From Eledone cirrhosa (Eukaryota), in NCBI GenBank assembly GCA_964016885.1, contig OZ024742.1:7440001-7504000 (forward strand): 64,000 bases of DNA. The letters are read 5' to 3'. A model generated the notes under the pieces. It was not told where the DNA came from. It did not search any database and was given only the letters and a program-made list of their open reading frames with translations. Below, piece after piece: positions 27,601 to 42,600 of the stretch; within the stretch, counting starts at the first letter, position 1; every line of letters begins with the position of its first letter. The position numbers and the translations under genes were made by a program.

Positions 27601-30600
27601 TTATTGGTGGTGGTGTCTTTACTCTGTAACTGAATGTGATATTATTGGTGGTGTCGTTACTCTATAACTGTATGTGATATTATTGGTGGTGTCGTTACTC
27701 TATAACTGAATGTGATATTATTGGTGGTGTTCTCTTTACTCTATAACTCTATCTGATATTATTGGTGGTATCTTTACTCTATAATTGTATGTGATATTAT
27801 AGGTATTGTCTTTACTCTATAATTGTATGTGATATTATTGGTGGGGTCTTTACTCTATAACTGTATGTGATATTATTAGTGGTGTCTTTAATCTATAACT
27901 GTATGTGATATTATTGTTGGTGGTGTCTTTACTCTATTACTGTATGTGATATTATTGTTGGTGGTGTCTTTACTCTATAACTGTATGTGATATTATTGGT
28001 GGTGGTGTCTTTACTCTGTAACTGTATGTGATATTATTGGTGGTGGTGTCTTTACTCTATAAGTGTATGTGATATTACTGGTGCTGGTGTCTTTACTCTA
28101 TAACTGTTAGTGATATTATTGGTGGTGGTGTCTTTACTCTGTAACTGAATGTGATATTATTGGTGGTGTCGTTACTCTATAACTGTATGTGATATTATTG
28201 GTGGTGTCGTTACTCTATAACTGAATGTGATATTATTGGTGGTGTTCTCTTTACTCTATAACTCTATCTGATATTATTGGTGGTATCTTTACTCTATAAT
28301 TGTATGTGATATTATAGGTATTGTCTTTACTCTATAATTGTATGTGATATTATTGGTGGGGTCTTTACTCTATAACTGTATGTGATATTATTAGTGGTGT
28401 CTTTAATCTATAACTGTATGTGATATTATTGTTGGTGGTGTCTTTAGTCTATAACCGTATGTGATACTTTTGGTGGTGGTGTCTTTACTCTATAACTGTA
28501 TGTGATATTATTGGTGGTGGTGTCTTTACTCTGTAACTGTATGTGATATTATTGGTGGTGGTGTCTTTACTCTATAAGTGTATGTGATATTACTGGTGCT
28601 GGTGTCTTTACTCTATAACTGTATGTGATACTATTGGTGGTGGTGTCTTTACTCTATAACTGTATGTGATATTATTGGTGGTGTCTTTATTCTATAACTG
28701 TATGTGATATTATTGGTGGTGTCTTTACTCTATAACTTTATGTGATATTATAGGTGGTGGTGTCTTTACTCTATAACTGTATGTGATATTATTGGTGGTG
28801 TTGTCTTTACCCTATAACTGTATGTGATATTATTGGTGGTGGTGTCTTTACTCTATAACTGTATGTGATATTATTGGTGGTGTCTTTACTCTATAACTGT
28901 ATGTGATATTATTGGTGGTGTCTTTACTCTATAAGTGTATGTGATATTATTGGTGGTGGCGTCTTTACTCTATAATTGTATGTGATATTATTCGTGGAAG
29001 TGTCTTTACTCTATAACTGTATTTGATATTATTGGTGGTGGTGTCTTTACTCTATAACTCTATGCGATATTATAGGTGATGGTGTCTTTACCCTATAACT
29101 GTATGTGATATTATTGGTTGTGTCTTTATTCTATAACTGTATGTGATATTATTGGTGGTGGTGTCTTTACTCTATATCTGTATGTGATATTATTGGTGGC
29201 AGTGTCTTTACTCTATAACTGTATTTGATATTATTGGTGGTGGTGTCTTTACTCTATAAATGTACGTGATATTATTGGTGGTGTCTTTACTCTATAACTG
29301 TATGTGATATTATTGCTGGTGGTGTCTTTACTCTATAACTGTATGTGATATTATTGGTGGTGGTGTCTTTACTCTATAACTGTATGTGATATTATTGGTG
29401 ATGGTGTCTTTACCCTATAACTGTATGTGATATTATTGGTGGTGGTGTCTTTACTATATAACTCTATGCGATATTATAAGTGGAAGTGTCTTTACTCTAT
29501 AACTGTATGTGATATTATTGGTGATGGTGTCTTTACCCTATAACTGTATGTGATATTATTGTTGGTGGTGTCTTTACTCTATAACTCTATGTGATATTAT
29601 TGGTGGTGTCTTTACTCTAAAACTGTATGTGATATTATTGGTGGTGGTGTCTTTACTCTATAACTGTATGTGATATTATTGTTGGTGTCTTTACTCTAAA
29701 ACTGTATGTGTTATTATTGGTGGTGGTGTCTTTACTCTGTAACTGTATGTGATATTATTGGTGGTGTTGTCTTTACCCTATAACTGTATGTGATATTATT
29801 GGTGGTGGTGTCTTTACTCTATAACTGTATGTGATATTATTGGTGGTGGTGTCTTTACTCTATAACTGTATGTGATATTATTGGTGATGGTGTCTTTACC
29901 CTATAACTGTATGTGATATTATTGGTGGTGGTGTCTTTACTATATAACTCTATGCGATATTATAAGTGGAAGTGTCTTTACTCTATAACTGTATGTGATA
30001 TTATTGGTGATGGTGTCTTTACCCTATAACTGTATGTGATATTATTGTTGGTGGTGTCTTTACTCTATAACTCTATGTGATATTATTGGTGGTGTCTTTA
30101 CTCTAAAACTGTATGTGATATTATTGGTGTTGTCTTTATTCTATAACTGTATGTGATATTATTGGTGGTGTCTTTACTCTATAACTTTATGTGATATTAT
30201 AGGTGGTGGTGTCTTTACTCTATAACTGTATGTGATATTATTGGTGGTGTTGTCTTTACCCTATAACTGTATGTGATATTATTGGTGGTGGTGTCTTTAC
30301 TCTATAACTGTATGTGATATTATTGGTGGTGTCTTTACTCTATAACTGTATGTGATATTATTGGTGGTGTCTTTACTCTATAAGTGTATGTGATATTATT
30401 GGTGGTGGCGTCTTTACTCTATAATTGTATGTGATATTATTCGTGGAAGTGTCTTTACTCTATAACTGTATCTGATATTATTGGTTGTGTCTTTATTCTA
30501 TAACTGTATGTGATATTATTGGTGGTGGTGTCTTTACTCTATATCTGTATGTGATATTATTGGTGGCAGTGTCTTTACTCTATAACTGTATTTGATATTA

Positions 30601-33600
30601 TTGGTGGTGGTGTCTTTACTCTATAAATGTACGTGATATTATTGGTGGTGTCTTTACTCTATAACTGTATGTGATATTATTGCTGGTGTTGTCTTTACTC
30701 TATAACTGTATGTGATATTATTGGTGGTGGTGTCTTTACTCTATAACTGTATGTGATATTATTGGTGATGGTGTCTTTACCCTATAACTGTATGTGATAT
30801 TATTGGTGGTGGTGTCTTTACTCTATAACTCTATGCGATATTATAGGTGGAAGTGTCTTTACTCTATAACTGTATGTGATATTATTGGTGGTGGTGTTTT
30901 TGCTCTATAACTATATGTGATATTATTGGTGATGGTGTCTTTACCCTATAACTGTATGTGATATTATTGGTGGTGGTGTCTTTACTCTATAACTCTATGC
31001 GATATTATAAGTGGAAGTGTCTTTACTCTATAACTGTATGTGATATTATTGGTGATGGTGTCTTTACCCTATAACTGTATGTGATATTATTGGTGGTGGT
31101 GTCTTTACTCTATAACTCTATCCGATATTATAAGTGGAAGTGTCTTTACTCTATATCTGTATGTGATATTATTGTTGGTGGTGTCTTTACTCTATAACTC
31201 TATGTGATATTATTGGTGGTGGTGTCATTACTCTGTAACTGTATGTGATATTATTGGTGGTGTCGTCTTTACTTTATAACTGTATGTGATACTATTGCTG
31301 GCGGTGTCTTTACTCTATTACTGTATGTGATATTATTGTTGGTGGTGTCTTTACTCTATAACTGTATGTGATATTATTGGTGGTGTCTTTACTCTAAAAC
31401 TGTATGTGATATTATTGGTTGTGGTGTCTTTACTCTATAACTGTATGTGATATTATTGTTGGTGTCTTTACTCTAAAACTGTATGTGTTATTATTGCTGG
31501 CGGTGTCTTTACTCTATTACTGTATGTGATATTATTGTTGGTGGTGTCTTTACTCTATAACTGTATGTGATATTATTGGTGGTGTCTTTACTCTAAAACT
31601 GTATGTGATATTATTGGTTGTGGTGTCTTTACTCTATAACTGTATGTGATATTATTGTTGGTGTCTTTACTCTAAAACTGTATGTGTTATTATTGCTGGC
31701 GGTGTCTTTACTCTATTACTGTATGTGATATTATTGTTGGTGGTGTCTTTACTCTATAACTGTATGTGATATTATTGGTGGTGTCTTTACTCTATAACTG
31801 TATGTGATACTATTGCTGTTGGTGTCTTTACTCTATAACTGCATGTGATATTATTGGTGGTGGTGTCTTTACTCTGTAACTGTATGTGATATTATTGGTG
31901 GTGGTGTCTTTACTCTATAAGTGTATGTGATATTACTGGTGGTGGTGTCTTTACTCTATAACTGTATCTGATATTATTGGTGGCGGTGTCTTTACTCTAT
32001 AACTGTATATGATATTATTGGTGGTGGTGTCTTTACTCTATAACTGTATGTGATATTATTGGTGGTGTCTTTACTCTATAACTGTATGTGATATTATTGG
32101 TGGTGGTGTCTTTATTCTATAACTGTATGTGATATTATTGGTGGTGTCTTTACTCTATAACTGTATGTGACATTATTTGTGGGGTCTTTACTCTATAACT
32201 GAATGTTATATTATTGGTGGTGTCTTTACACTATAACTCTATGTGATATTATTGGGGGGTCTTTACTCTATAACTGTATGTGATATTATTGGTGGTGGTG
32301 TCTTTACTCTGTAACTGAATATGATATTATTGGTGGTGTCGTTACTCTATAACTGTATGTGATATTATTGGTGGTGTTCTCTTTACTCTATAACTCTATC
32401 TGATATTATTGGTGGGTTCTTTACTCTATAATTGTATGTGATATTATTGGTGGGGTCTTTACTCTATAACTGTATGTGATATTATTACTGGTGTCTTTAA
32501 TCTATAACTGTATGTGATATTATTGTTGGTGGTGTCTTTACTCTATAACTGTATGTGATATTATTGGTGGTGGTGTCTTTACTCTGTAACTTTATGTGAT
32601 ATTATTGGTGGTGGTGTCTTTACTCTATAAGTGTATGTGATATCACTGGTGATGTTGTCTTTACTCTATAACTGTATGTGATACTATTGCTGGTGGTGTC
32701 TTTACTCTATAACTGTATGTGATATTATTGGTGGTGTCTTTACTCTAAAACTGTATGTGATATTATTGGTGGTGTCTTTACTCTATAACTTTATGTGATA
32801 TTATTGGTGGTGGTGTCTTTACTCTATAACCGTATGTGATATTATTGGTGGTGGTGTCTTTACTCTATAACTGTATGTGATATTATTGGTGGTGTCTTTA
32901 CTCTATAACTGTATGTGAGATTATTGCTGGTGGTGTCTTTACTATATAATTGTATGTGATATTATTGGTGGTGGTGTCTTTACTCTATAACTGTATGTGA
33001 TATTATTGGTGATGGTGTCTTTACCCTATAACTGTATGTGATATTATTGGTGGTGGTGTCTTTACTCTATAACTCTATGCGATATTATAAGTGGAAGTGT
33101 CTTTACTCTATAACTGTATGTGAAATTATTGGTGGGTTTTTTACTCTATAACTTTATGTGATATTATTGGTGATGGTGTCTTTACCCTATAACTGTATGT
33201 GATATTATTGGTGGTGGTGTCTTTACTCTATAACTGTATGTGATATTATTGGTAGTGGTGTCTTTACTCTATAACTGTACGTAATATTATTGGTGGTGTC
33301 TTTACTATATAACTGTATGTGATATTATTGGTGGTGTCTTTACTCTATAACTGTATGTGATATTATTGCTGGTGGTGTCTTTACTCTATAACTGTATGTG
33401 ATATTATTGCTGGTGGTGTCTTTACTCTATAACTGTATGTGATATTATTGGTAATGGTGTCTTTACCCTATAACTGTATGTGATATTATTGTTGGTGGTG
33501 TCTTTACTCTATAACTGTATGTGATATTATTGGTGGTGTCTTTACTCTATAACTGTATGTGTTATTATTGGTGGTGGTGTCTTTATTCTATAACTGTATG

Positions 33601-36600
33601 TGATATTATTGGTGGTGTCTTTACTCTATAACTGTATGTGACATTATTTGTGGGGTCTTTACTCTATAACTGAATGTTATATTACTGGTGGTGGTGTCTT
33701 TACTCTGTAACTGAATGTGATATTATTGGTGGTGTCGTTACTCTATAACTGTACGTGATATTATTGGTGGTGTTCTCTTTATTCTATAACTCTATCTGAT
33801 ATTATTGGTGGGTTCTTTACTCTATAATTGTATGTGATATTATTAGTGGTGTCTTTAATCTATAACTGTATGTGATATTATTGTTGGTGGTGTCTTTACT
33901 CTATAACTGTATGCGATATTATTGGTGGTGGTGTCTTTACTCTGTAAACTTTATGTGATATTATTGGTGGTGGTGTCTTTACTCTATAAGTGTATGTGAT
34001 ATTACTGGTGATGTTGTCTTTACTCTATAACTGTATGTGATATTATTGGTGGTGTCTTTACTCTATAACTGTATGTGATATTATTGGTGGTGTCTTTACT
34101 CTATAACTTTATGTGATACTATTGGTGGTGGTGTCTTTACTCTATAACTGTATGTGATATTATTGGTGGTGGTGTATTTACTCTATAACTGTATGTGATA
34201 TTATTGGGGATGGTGTCTTTATACTATAACTGTATGTGATATTATTGGTGGTGGTCTCTTTACTCTATAACTGTATGTGATATTATTGGTGGTGGTGTCT
34301 TTACTCTATAACTGTATGTTATATTATTGGTGGTGTCTTTACTCTATAACTGTATGTGATATTATTGGTGGTGTCTTTACTCTATAACTTTATGTGATAT
34401 TATTGGTGGTGGTGTCTTTACTCTATAACTGTTTGTGATATTATTGGTGGTGGTGTCTTTACTCTGTAACTGAATGTGATATTATTGGTGGTGTCGTTAC
34501 TCTATAACTGTATGTGATATTATTGGTGGTGTCGTTACTCTATAACTGAATGTGATATTATTGGTGGTGTTCTCTTTACTCTATAACTCTATCTGATATT
34601 ATTGGTGGTATCTTTACTCTATAATTGTATGTGATATTATAGGTATTGTCTTTACTCTATAATTGTATGTGATATTATTGGTGGGGTCTTTACTCTATAA
34701 CTGTATGTGATATTATTAGTGGTGTCTTTAATCTATAACTGTATGTGATATTATTGTTGGTGGTGTCTTTACTCTATTACTGTATGTGATATTATTGTTG
34801 GTGGTGTCTTTACTCTATAACTGTATGTGATATTATTGGTGGTGGTGTCTTTACTCTGTAACTGTATGTGATATTATTGGTGGTGGTGTCTTTACTCTAT
34901 AAGTGTATGTGATATTACTGGTGCTGGTGTCTTTACTCTATAACTGTTAGTGATATTATTGGTGGTGGTGTCTTTACTCTGTAACTGAATGTGATATTAT
35001 TGGTGGTGTCGTTACTCTATAACTGTATGTGATATTATTGGTGGTGTCGTTACTCTATAACTGAATGTGATATTATTGGTGGTGTTCTCTTTACTCTATA
35101 ACTCTATCTGATATTATTGGTGGTATCTTTACTCTATAATTGTATGTGATATTATAGGTATTGTCTTTACTCTATAATTGTATGTGATATTATTGGTGGG
35201 GTCTTTACTCTATAACTGTATGTGATATTATTAGTGGTGTCTTTAATCTATAACTGTATGTGATATTATTGTTGGTGGTGTCTTTAGTCTATAACCGTAT
35301 GTGATACTTTTGGTGGTGGTGTCTTTACTCTATAACTGTATGTGATATTATTGGTGGTGGTGTCTTTACTCTGTAACTGTATGTGATATTATTGGTGGTG
35401 GTGTCTTTACTCTATAAGTGTATGTGATATTACTGGTGCTGGTGTCTTTACTCTATAACTGTATGTGATACTATTGGTGGTGGTGTCTTTACTCTATAAC
35501 TGTATGTGATATTATTGGTGGTGTCTTTATTCTATAACTGTATGTGATATTATTGGTGGTGTCTTTACTCTATAACTTTATGTGATATTATAGGTGGTGG
35601 TGTCTTTACTCTATAACTGTATGTGATATTATTGGTGGTGTTGTCTTTACCCTATAACTGTATGTGATATTATTGGTGGTGGTGTCTTTACTCTATAACT
35701 GTATGTGATATTATTGGTGGTGTCTTTACTCTATAACTGTATGTGATATTATTGGTGGTGTCTTTACTCTATAAGTGTATGTGATATTATTGGTGGTGGC
35801 GTCTTTACTCTATAATTGTATGTGATATTATTCGTGGAAGTGTCTTTACTCTATAACTGTATTTGATATTATTGGTGGTGGTGTCTTTACTCTATAACTC
35901 TATGCGATATTATAGGTGATGGTGTCTTTACCCTATAACTGTATGTGATATTATTGGTTGTGTCTTTATTCTATAACTGTATGTGATATTATTGGTGGTG
36001 GTGTCTTTACTCTATATCTGTATGTGATATTATTGGTGGCAGTGTCTTTACTCTATAACTGTATTTGATATTATTGGTGGTGGTGTCTTTACTCTATAAA
36101 TGTACGTGATATTATTGGTGGTGTCTTTACTCTATAACTGTATGTGATATTATTGCTGGTGGTGTCTTTACTCTATAACTGTATGTGATATTATTGGTGG
36201 TGGTGTCTTTACTCTATAACTGTATGTGATATTATTGGTGATGGTGTCTTTACCCTATAACTGTATGTGATATTATTGGTGGTGGTGTCTTTACTATATA
36301 ACTCTATGCGATATTATAAGTGGAAGTGTCTTTACTCTATAACTGTATGTGATATTATTGGTGATGGTGTCTTTACCCTATAACTGTATGTGATATTATT
36401 GTTGGTGGTGTCTTTACTCTATAACTCTATGTGATATTATTGGTGGTGTCTTTACTCTAAAACTGTATGTGATATTATTGGTGGTGGTGTCTTTACTCTA
36501 TAACTGTATGTGATATTATTGTTGGTGTCTTTACTCTAAAACTGTATGTGTTATTATTGGTGGTGGTGTCTTTACTCTGTAACTGTATGTGATATTATTG

Positions 36601-39600
36601 GTGGTGGTGTCTTTACTCTATAAGTGTATGTGATATTACTGGTGGTGGTGTCTTTACTCTATAACTGTATGTGATATTATTGGGGATGGTGTATTTACCC
36701 TATAACTGTATCTGATATTATTGGTGGTGGTGTCTTTACTCTATAACTGTATATGATATTATTGGTGGTGGTGTCTTTACTCTATAACTGTATGTGATAT
36801 TATTGGTGGTGTCTTTACTCTATAACTGTATGTGATATTATTGGTGGTGGTGTCTTTATTCTATAACTGTATGTGATATTATTGGTGGTGTCTTTACTCT
36901 ATAACTGTATGTGACATTATTTGTGGGGTCTTTACTCTATAACTGAATGTTATATTATTGGTGGTGTCTTTACACTATAACTCTATGTGATATTATTGGG
37001 GGGTCTTTACTCTATAACTGTATGTGATATTATTGGTGGTGGTGTCTTTACTCTGTAACTGAATATGATATTATTGGTGGTGTCGTTACTCTATAACTGT
37101 ATGTGATATTATTGGTGGTGTTCTCTTTACTCTATAACTCTATCTGATATTATTGGTGGGTTCTTTACTCTATAATTGTATGTGATATTATAGGTATTGT
37201 CTTTACTCTATAATTGTATGTGATATTATTGGTGGGGTCTTTACTCTATAACTGTATGTGATATTATTGGTGGTGTCTTTACTATATAACTGTATGTGAT
37301 ATTATTGGTGGTGTCTTTACTCTATAACTGTATGTGATATTATTGGTGGTGTCTTTACTATATAACTGTATGTGATATTATTGGTGGTGTCTTTACTATA
37401 TAACTGTATGTGATATTATTGGTGGTGGTGTCTTTACTCTATAACTGTATCTGATATTATTGGTAGTGTCTTTATTCTATAACTGTATGTGATATTATTG
37501 GTGGTGGTCTCTTTACTCTATAACTGTATGTGATATTATTGGGGATGGTGTCTTTACTCTATATCTGTATGTGATATTATTGGTGGCAGTGTCTTTACTC
37601 TATAAGTGTATTTGATATTATTGGTGATGGTGTCTTTACCCTATAACTGTATGTGATATTATTGTTGGTGGTGTCTTTACTCTATAACTCTATGTGATAT
37701 TATTGGTGGTGTCTTTACTCTAAAACCGTATGTGATATTATTGGTGGTGGTGTCTTTACTCTATAACTGTATGTGATATTATTGTTGGTGTCTTTACTCT
37801 AAAACTGTATGTGTTATTATTGGTGGTGGTGTCTTTACTCTGTAACTGTATGTGATATTATTGGTGGTGGTGTCTTTACTCTATAAGTGTATGTGATATT
37901 ATTGGGGATGGTGTATTTACCCTATAACTGTATCTGATATTATTGGTGGTGGTGTCTTTACTCTATAACTGTATATGATATTATTGGTGGTGGTGTCTTT
38001 ACTCTATAACTGTATGTGATATTATTGGTGGTGTCTTTACTCTATAACTGTATGTGATATTATTGGTGGTGGTGTCTTTATTCTATAACTGTATGTGATA
38101 TTATTGGTGGTGTCTTTACTCTATAACTGTATGTGACATTATTTGTGGGGTCTTTACTCTATAACTGAATGTTATATTATTGGTGGTGTCTTTACACTAT
38201 AACTCTATGTGATATTATTGGGGGGTCTTTACTCTATAACTGTATGTGATATTATTGGTGGTGGTGTCTTTACTCTGTAACTGAATATGATATTATTGGT
38301 GGTGTCGTTACTCTATAACTGTATGTGATATTATTGGTGGTGTTCTCTTTACTCTATAACTCTATCTGATATTATTGGTGGGTTCTTTACTCTATAATTG
38401 TATGTGATATTATAGGTATTGTCTTTACTCTATAATTGTATGTGATATTATTGGTGGGGTCTTTACTCTATAACTGTATGTGATATTATTGGTGGTGTCT
38501 TTACTATATAACTGTATGTGATATTATTGGTGGTGTCTTTACTCTATAACTGTATGTGATATTATTGGTGGTGTCTTTACTATATAACTGTATGTGATAT
38601 TATTGGTGGTGTCTTTACTATATAACTGTATGTGATATTATTGGTGGTGGTGTCTTTACTCTATAACTGTATCTGATATTATTGGTAGTGTCTTTATTCT
38701 ATAACTGTATGTGATATTATTGGTGGTGGTCTCTTTACTCTATAACTGTATGTGATATTATTGGGGATGGTGTCTTTACTCTATATCTGTATGTGATATT
38801 ATTGGTGGCAGTGTCTTTACTCTATAAGTGTATTTGATATTATTGGTGGTGGTGTCTTTACTCTATAAATGTATGTTTTATATTAGTGGTGGCGGTGTCT
38901 TTACCCTATAACTGTATGTGATATTATTGGTGGTGTCTTTACTCTATAACTGTATGTGATATTATTGCTGGTGGTGTCTTTACTATATAACTGTATGTGA
39001 TATTATTGGTGGTGGTGTCTTTACTCTATAACTGTATGTGATATTATTGGTGATGGTGTCTTTACCCTATAACTGTATGTGATATTATTGGTGGTGGTGT
39101 CTTTACTCTATAACTCTATGCGGTATTATAAGTGGAAGTGGCTTTACTCCATAACTTTATGTGAAATTATTGGTGGGTTTTTTACTCTATAACTTTATGT
39201 GATATTATTGGTGATGGTGTCTTTACCCTATAACTGTATGTGATATTATTGGTGGTGGTGTCTTTACTCTATAACTGTATGTGATATTATTGGTAGTGGT
39301 GTCTTTACTCTATCACTGTATGTAATATTATTGGTGGTGTCTTTACTATATAACTGTATGTGATATTATTGGTGGTGTCTTTACTCTATAACTGTATGTG
39401 ATATTATTGCTGGTGGTGTCTTTACTCTATAACTGTATGTGATATTATTGCTGGTGGTGTCTTTACTCTATAACTGTATGTGATATTATTGGTAATGGTG
39501 TCTTTACCCTATAACTGTATGTGATATTATTGCTGGTGGTGTCTTTACTCTATAACTGTATGTGATATTATTGGTGGTGTCTTTACTCTATAACTGTATG

Positions 39601-42600
39601 TGTTATTATTGGTGGCAGTGTCTTTATTCTATAACTGTATGTGATATTATTGGTGGTGTCTTTACTCTATAACTGTATGTGACATTATTTGTGGGGTCTT
39701 TACTCTATAACTGAATGTTATATTATTGGTGGTGGTGTCTTTACTCTGTAACTGAATGTGATATTATTGGTGGTGTCGTTATTCTATAACTGTACGTGAT
39801 ATTATTGGTGGTGTTCTCTTTATTCTATAACTCTATCTGATATTATTGGTGGGTTCTTTACTCTATAATTGTATGTGATATTATAGGTATTGTCTTTACT
39901 CTATAATTGTATGTGATATTATTGGTGGGGGCTTTACTCTATAACTGTATGTGATATTATTAGTGTTGTCTTTAATCTATAACTGTATGTGATATTATTG
40001 TTGGTGGTGTCTTTACTCTATTACTGTATGTGATATTATTGTTGGTGGTGTCTTTACTCTATAACTGTATGTGATATTATTGGTGGTGGTGTCTTTACTC
40101 TGTAACTTTATGTGATATTATTGGTGGTGGTGTCTTTACTCTATAAGTGTATGTGATATTACTGGTGATGTTGTCTTTACTCTATAACTGTTTGTGATAC
40201 TATTGCTGGTGGTGTGTTTACTCTATAACTGTATGTGATATTATTGGTGGTGTCTTTACTCTATAACTGTATGTGATATTATTGGTGGTGTCTTTACTCT
40301 ATAACTTTATGTGATATTATTGGTGGTGGTGTCTTTACTCTATAACTGTATGTGATATTATTGGTGGTGGTGTATTTACTCTATAACTGTATGTGATATT
40401 ATTGGGGATGGTGTCTTTATACTATAACTGTATGTGATATTATTGGTGGTGGTGTCTTTACTCTATAACTGTATGTGATATTATTGGTGGTGGTGTCTTT
40501 ACTCTATAAGTGTATGTGATAATACTGGTGGTGGTGTCTTTACTCTATAACTGTATGTGATACTATTGGTGGTGGTGTATTTACTCTATAACTGTATGCG
40601 ATATTATTGGTGGTGTCTTTACTCTATAACTGTATGTGATATTATTGGTGGTGTCTTTACTCTATAACTTTATGTGATATTATTTGTGGTGGTGTCTTTA
40701 CTCTATAACTGTTTGTGATATTATTGGTGGTGGTGTCTTTACTCTGTAACTGAATGTGATATTATTGGTGGTGTCGTTACTCTATAACTGTATGTGATAT
40801 TAATGGTGGTGTCGTTACTCTATAACTGTATGTGATATTATTGGTGGTGTTCTCTTTACTCTATAACTCTATCTGATATTATTGGTGGTATCTTTACTCT
40901 ATAATTGTATGTGATATTATAGGTATTGTCTTTACTCTATAATTGTATGTGATATTATTGGTGGGGTCTTTACTCTATAACTGTATGTGATATTATTAGT
41001 GGTGTCTTTAATCTATAACTGTATGTGATATTATTGTTGGTGGTGTCTTTACTCTATTACTGTATGTGATATTATTGTTGGTGGTGTATTTACTCTATAA
41101 CTGTATGTGATATTATTGGTGGTGTCTTTACTCTATAACTTTATGTGATATTATTGGTGGTGGTGTATTTACTCTATAACTGTTTGTGATATTATTGGTG
41201 GTGGTGTCTTTACTCTATAACTGTATGTGATATTATTGGTGATGGTGTCTTTACCCTATAACTGTATGTGATATTATTGGTGGTGGTGTCTTTACTCTAT
41301 AACTGTATGTGATATTATTGGTGGTGGTGTTTTTACTCGATAAATGTATGTGATATTATTGGTGGTGTCTTTACTATATAACTGTATGTGATATTATTGG
41401 TGGTGTCTTTACTCTATAACTGTATGTGATATTATTGGTGGTGTCTTTACTATATAACTGTATGTGATATTATTGGTGGTGTCTTTACTATATAACTGTA
41501 TGTGATATTATTGGTGGTGTCTTTACTATATAACTGTATGTGATATTATTGGTGGCAGTGTCTTTACTCTATAACTGTATCTGATATTATTGGTAGTGTC
41601 TTTATTCTATAACTGTATGTGATATTATTGGTGGTGGTCTCTTTACTCTATAACTGTATGTGATATTATTGGGGATGGTGTCTTTACTCTATATCTGTAT
41701 GTGATATTATTGGTGGCAGTGTCTTTACTCTATAACTGTATTTGATATTATTGGTGGTGGTGTCTTTACTCTATAAATGTATGTGATATTAGTGGTGGCG
41801 CTGTCTTTACCTTATAACTGTATGTGATATTATTGGTGGTGTCTTTACTCTATAACTGTATGTGATATTATTGCTGGTGGTGTCTTTACTATATAACTGT
41901 ATGTGATATTATTGGTGGTGGTGTCTTTACTCTATAACTGTATGTGATATTATTGGTGATGGTGTCTTTACCCTATAACTGTATGTGATATTATTGGTGG
42001 TGGTGTCTTTACTCTATAACTCTATGCGATATTATAAGTGGAAGTGTCTTTACTCTATAACTGTATGTGATATTATTGGTGGTGTCTTTACTCTATAACT
42101 GTATGTGATATTATTGCTGGTGGTGTCTTTACTCTATAACTGTATGTGATATTATTGGTGGTGGTGTCTTTACTCTATAACTGTATGTGATATTATTGGT
42201 GATGGTGTCTTTACTCGATAACTGTATGTGATATTATTGGTGGTGGTGTCTTTACTCTATAACTGTATGTGATATTATTGGTGATGGTGTCTTTACTCGA
42301 TAACTGTATGTGATATTATTGGTGGTGGTGTCTTTACTCTATAACTGTATGGGATATTATTGGTGGTGTCTTTACTATATAACTGTAAGTGATATTATTG
42401 GTGGTGTCTTTACTCTATAACTGTATGTGATATTATTGGCGGTGGTGTCTTTATTCTATAACTGTATGTGATATTATTGGTGGGGTCTTTACTCTATAAG
42501 TGTATGTGATATTATTGGTGGTGTCTTTACTCTATAACTGTATGTGATATTATTAGTGGTTGTGTCTTTACTCTATAAGAGTATGTGACATTATTGGTGG

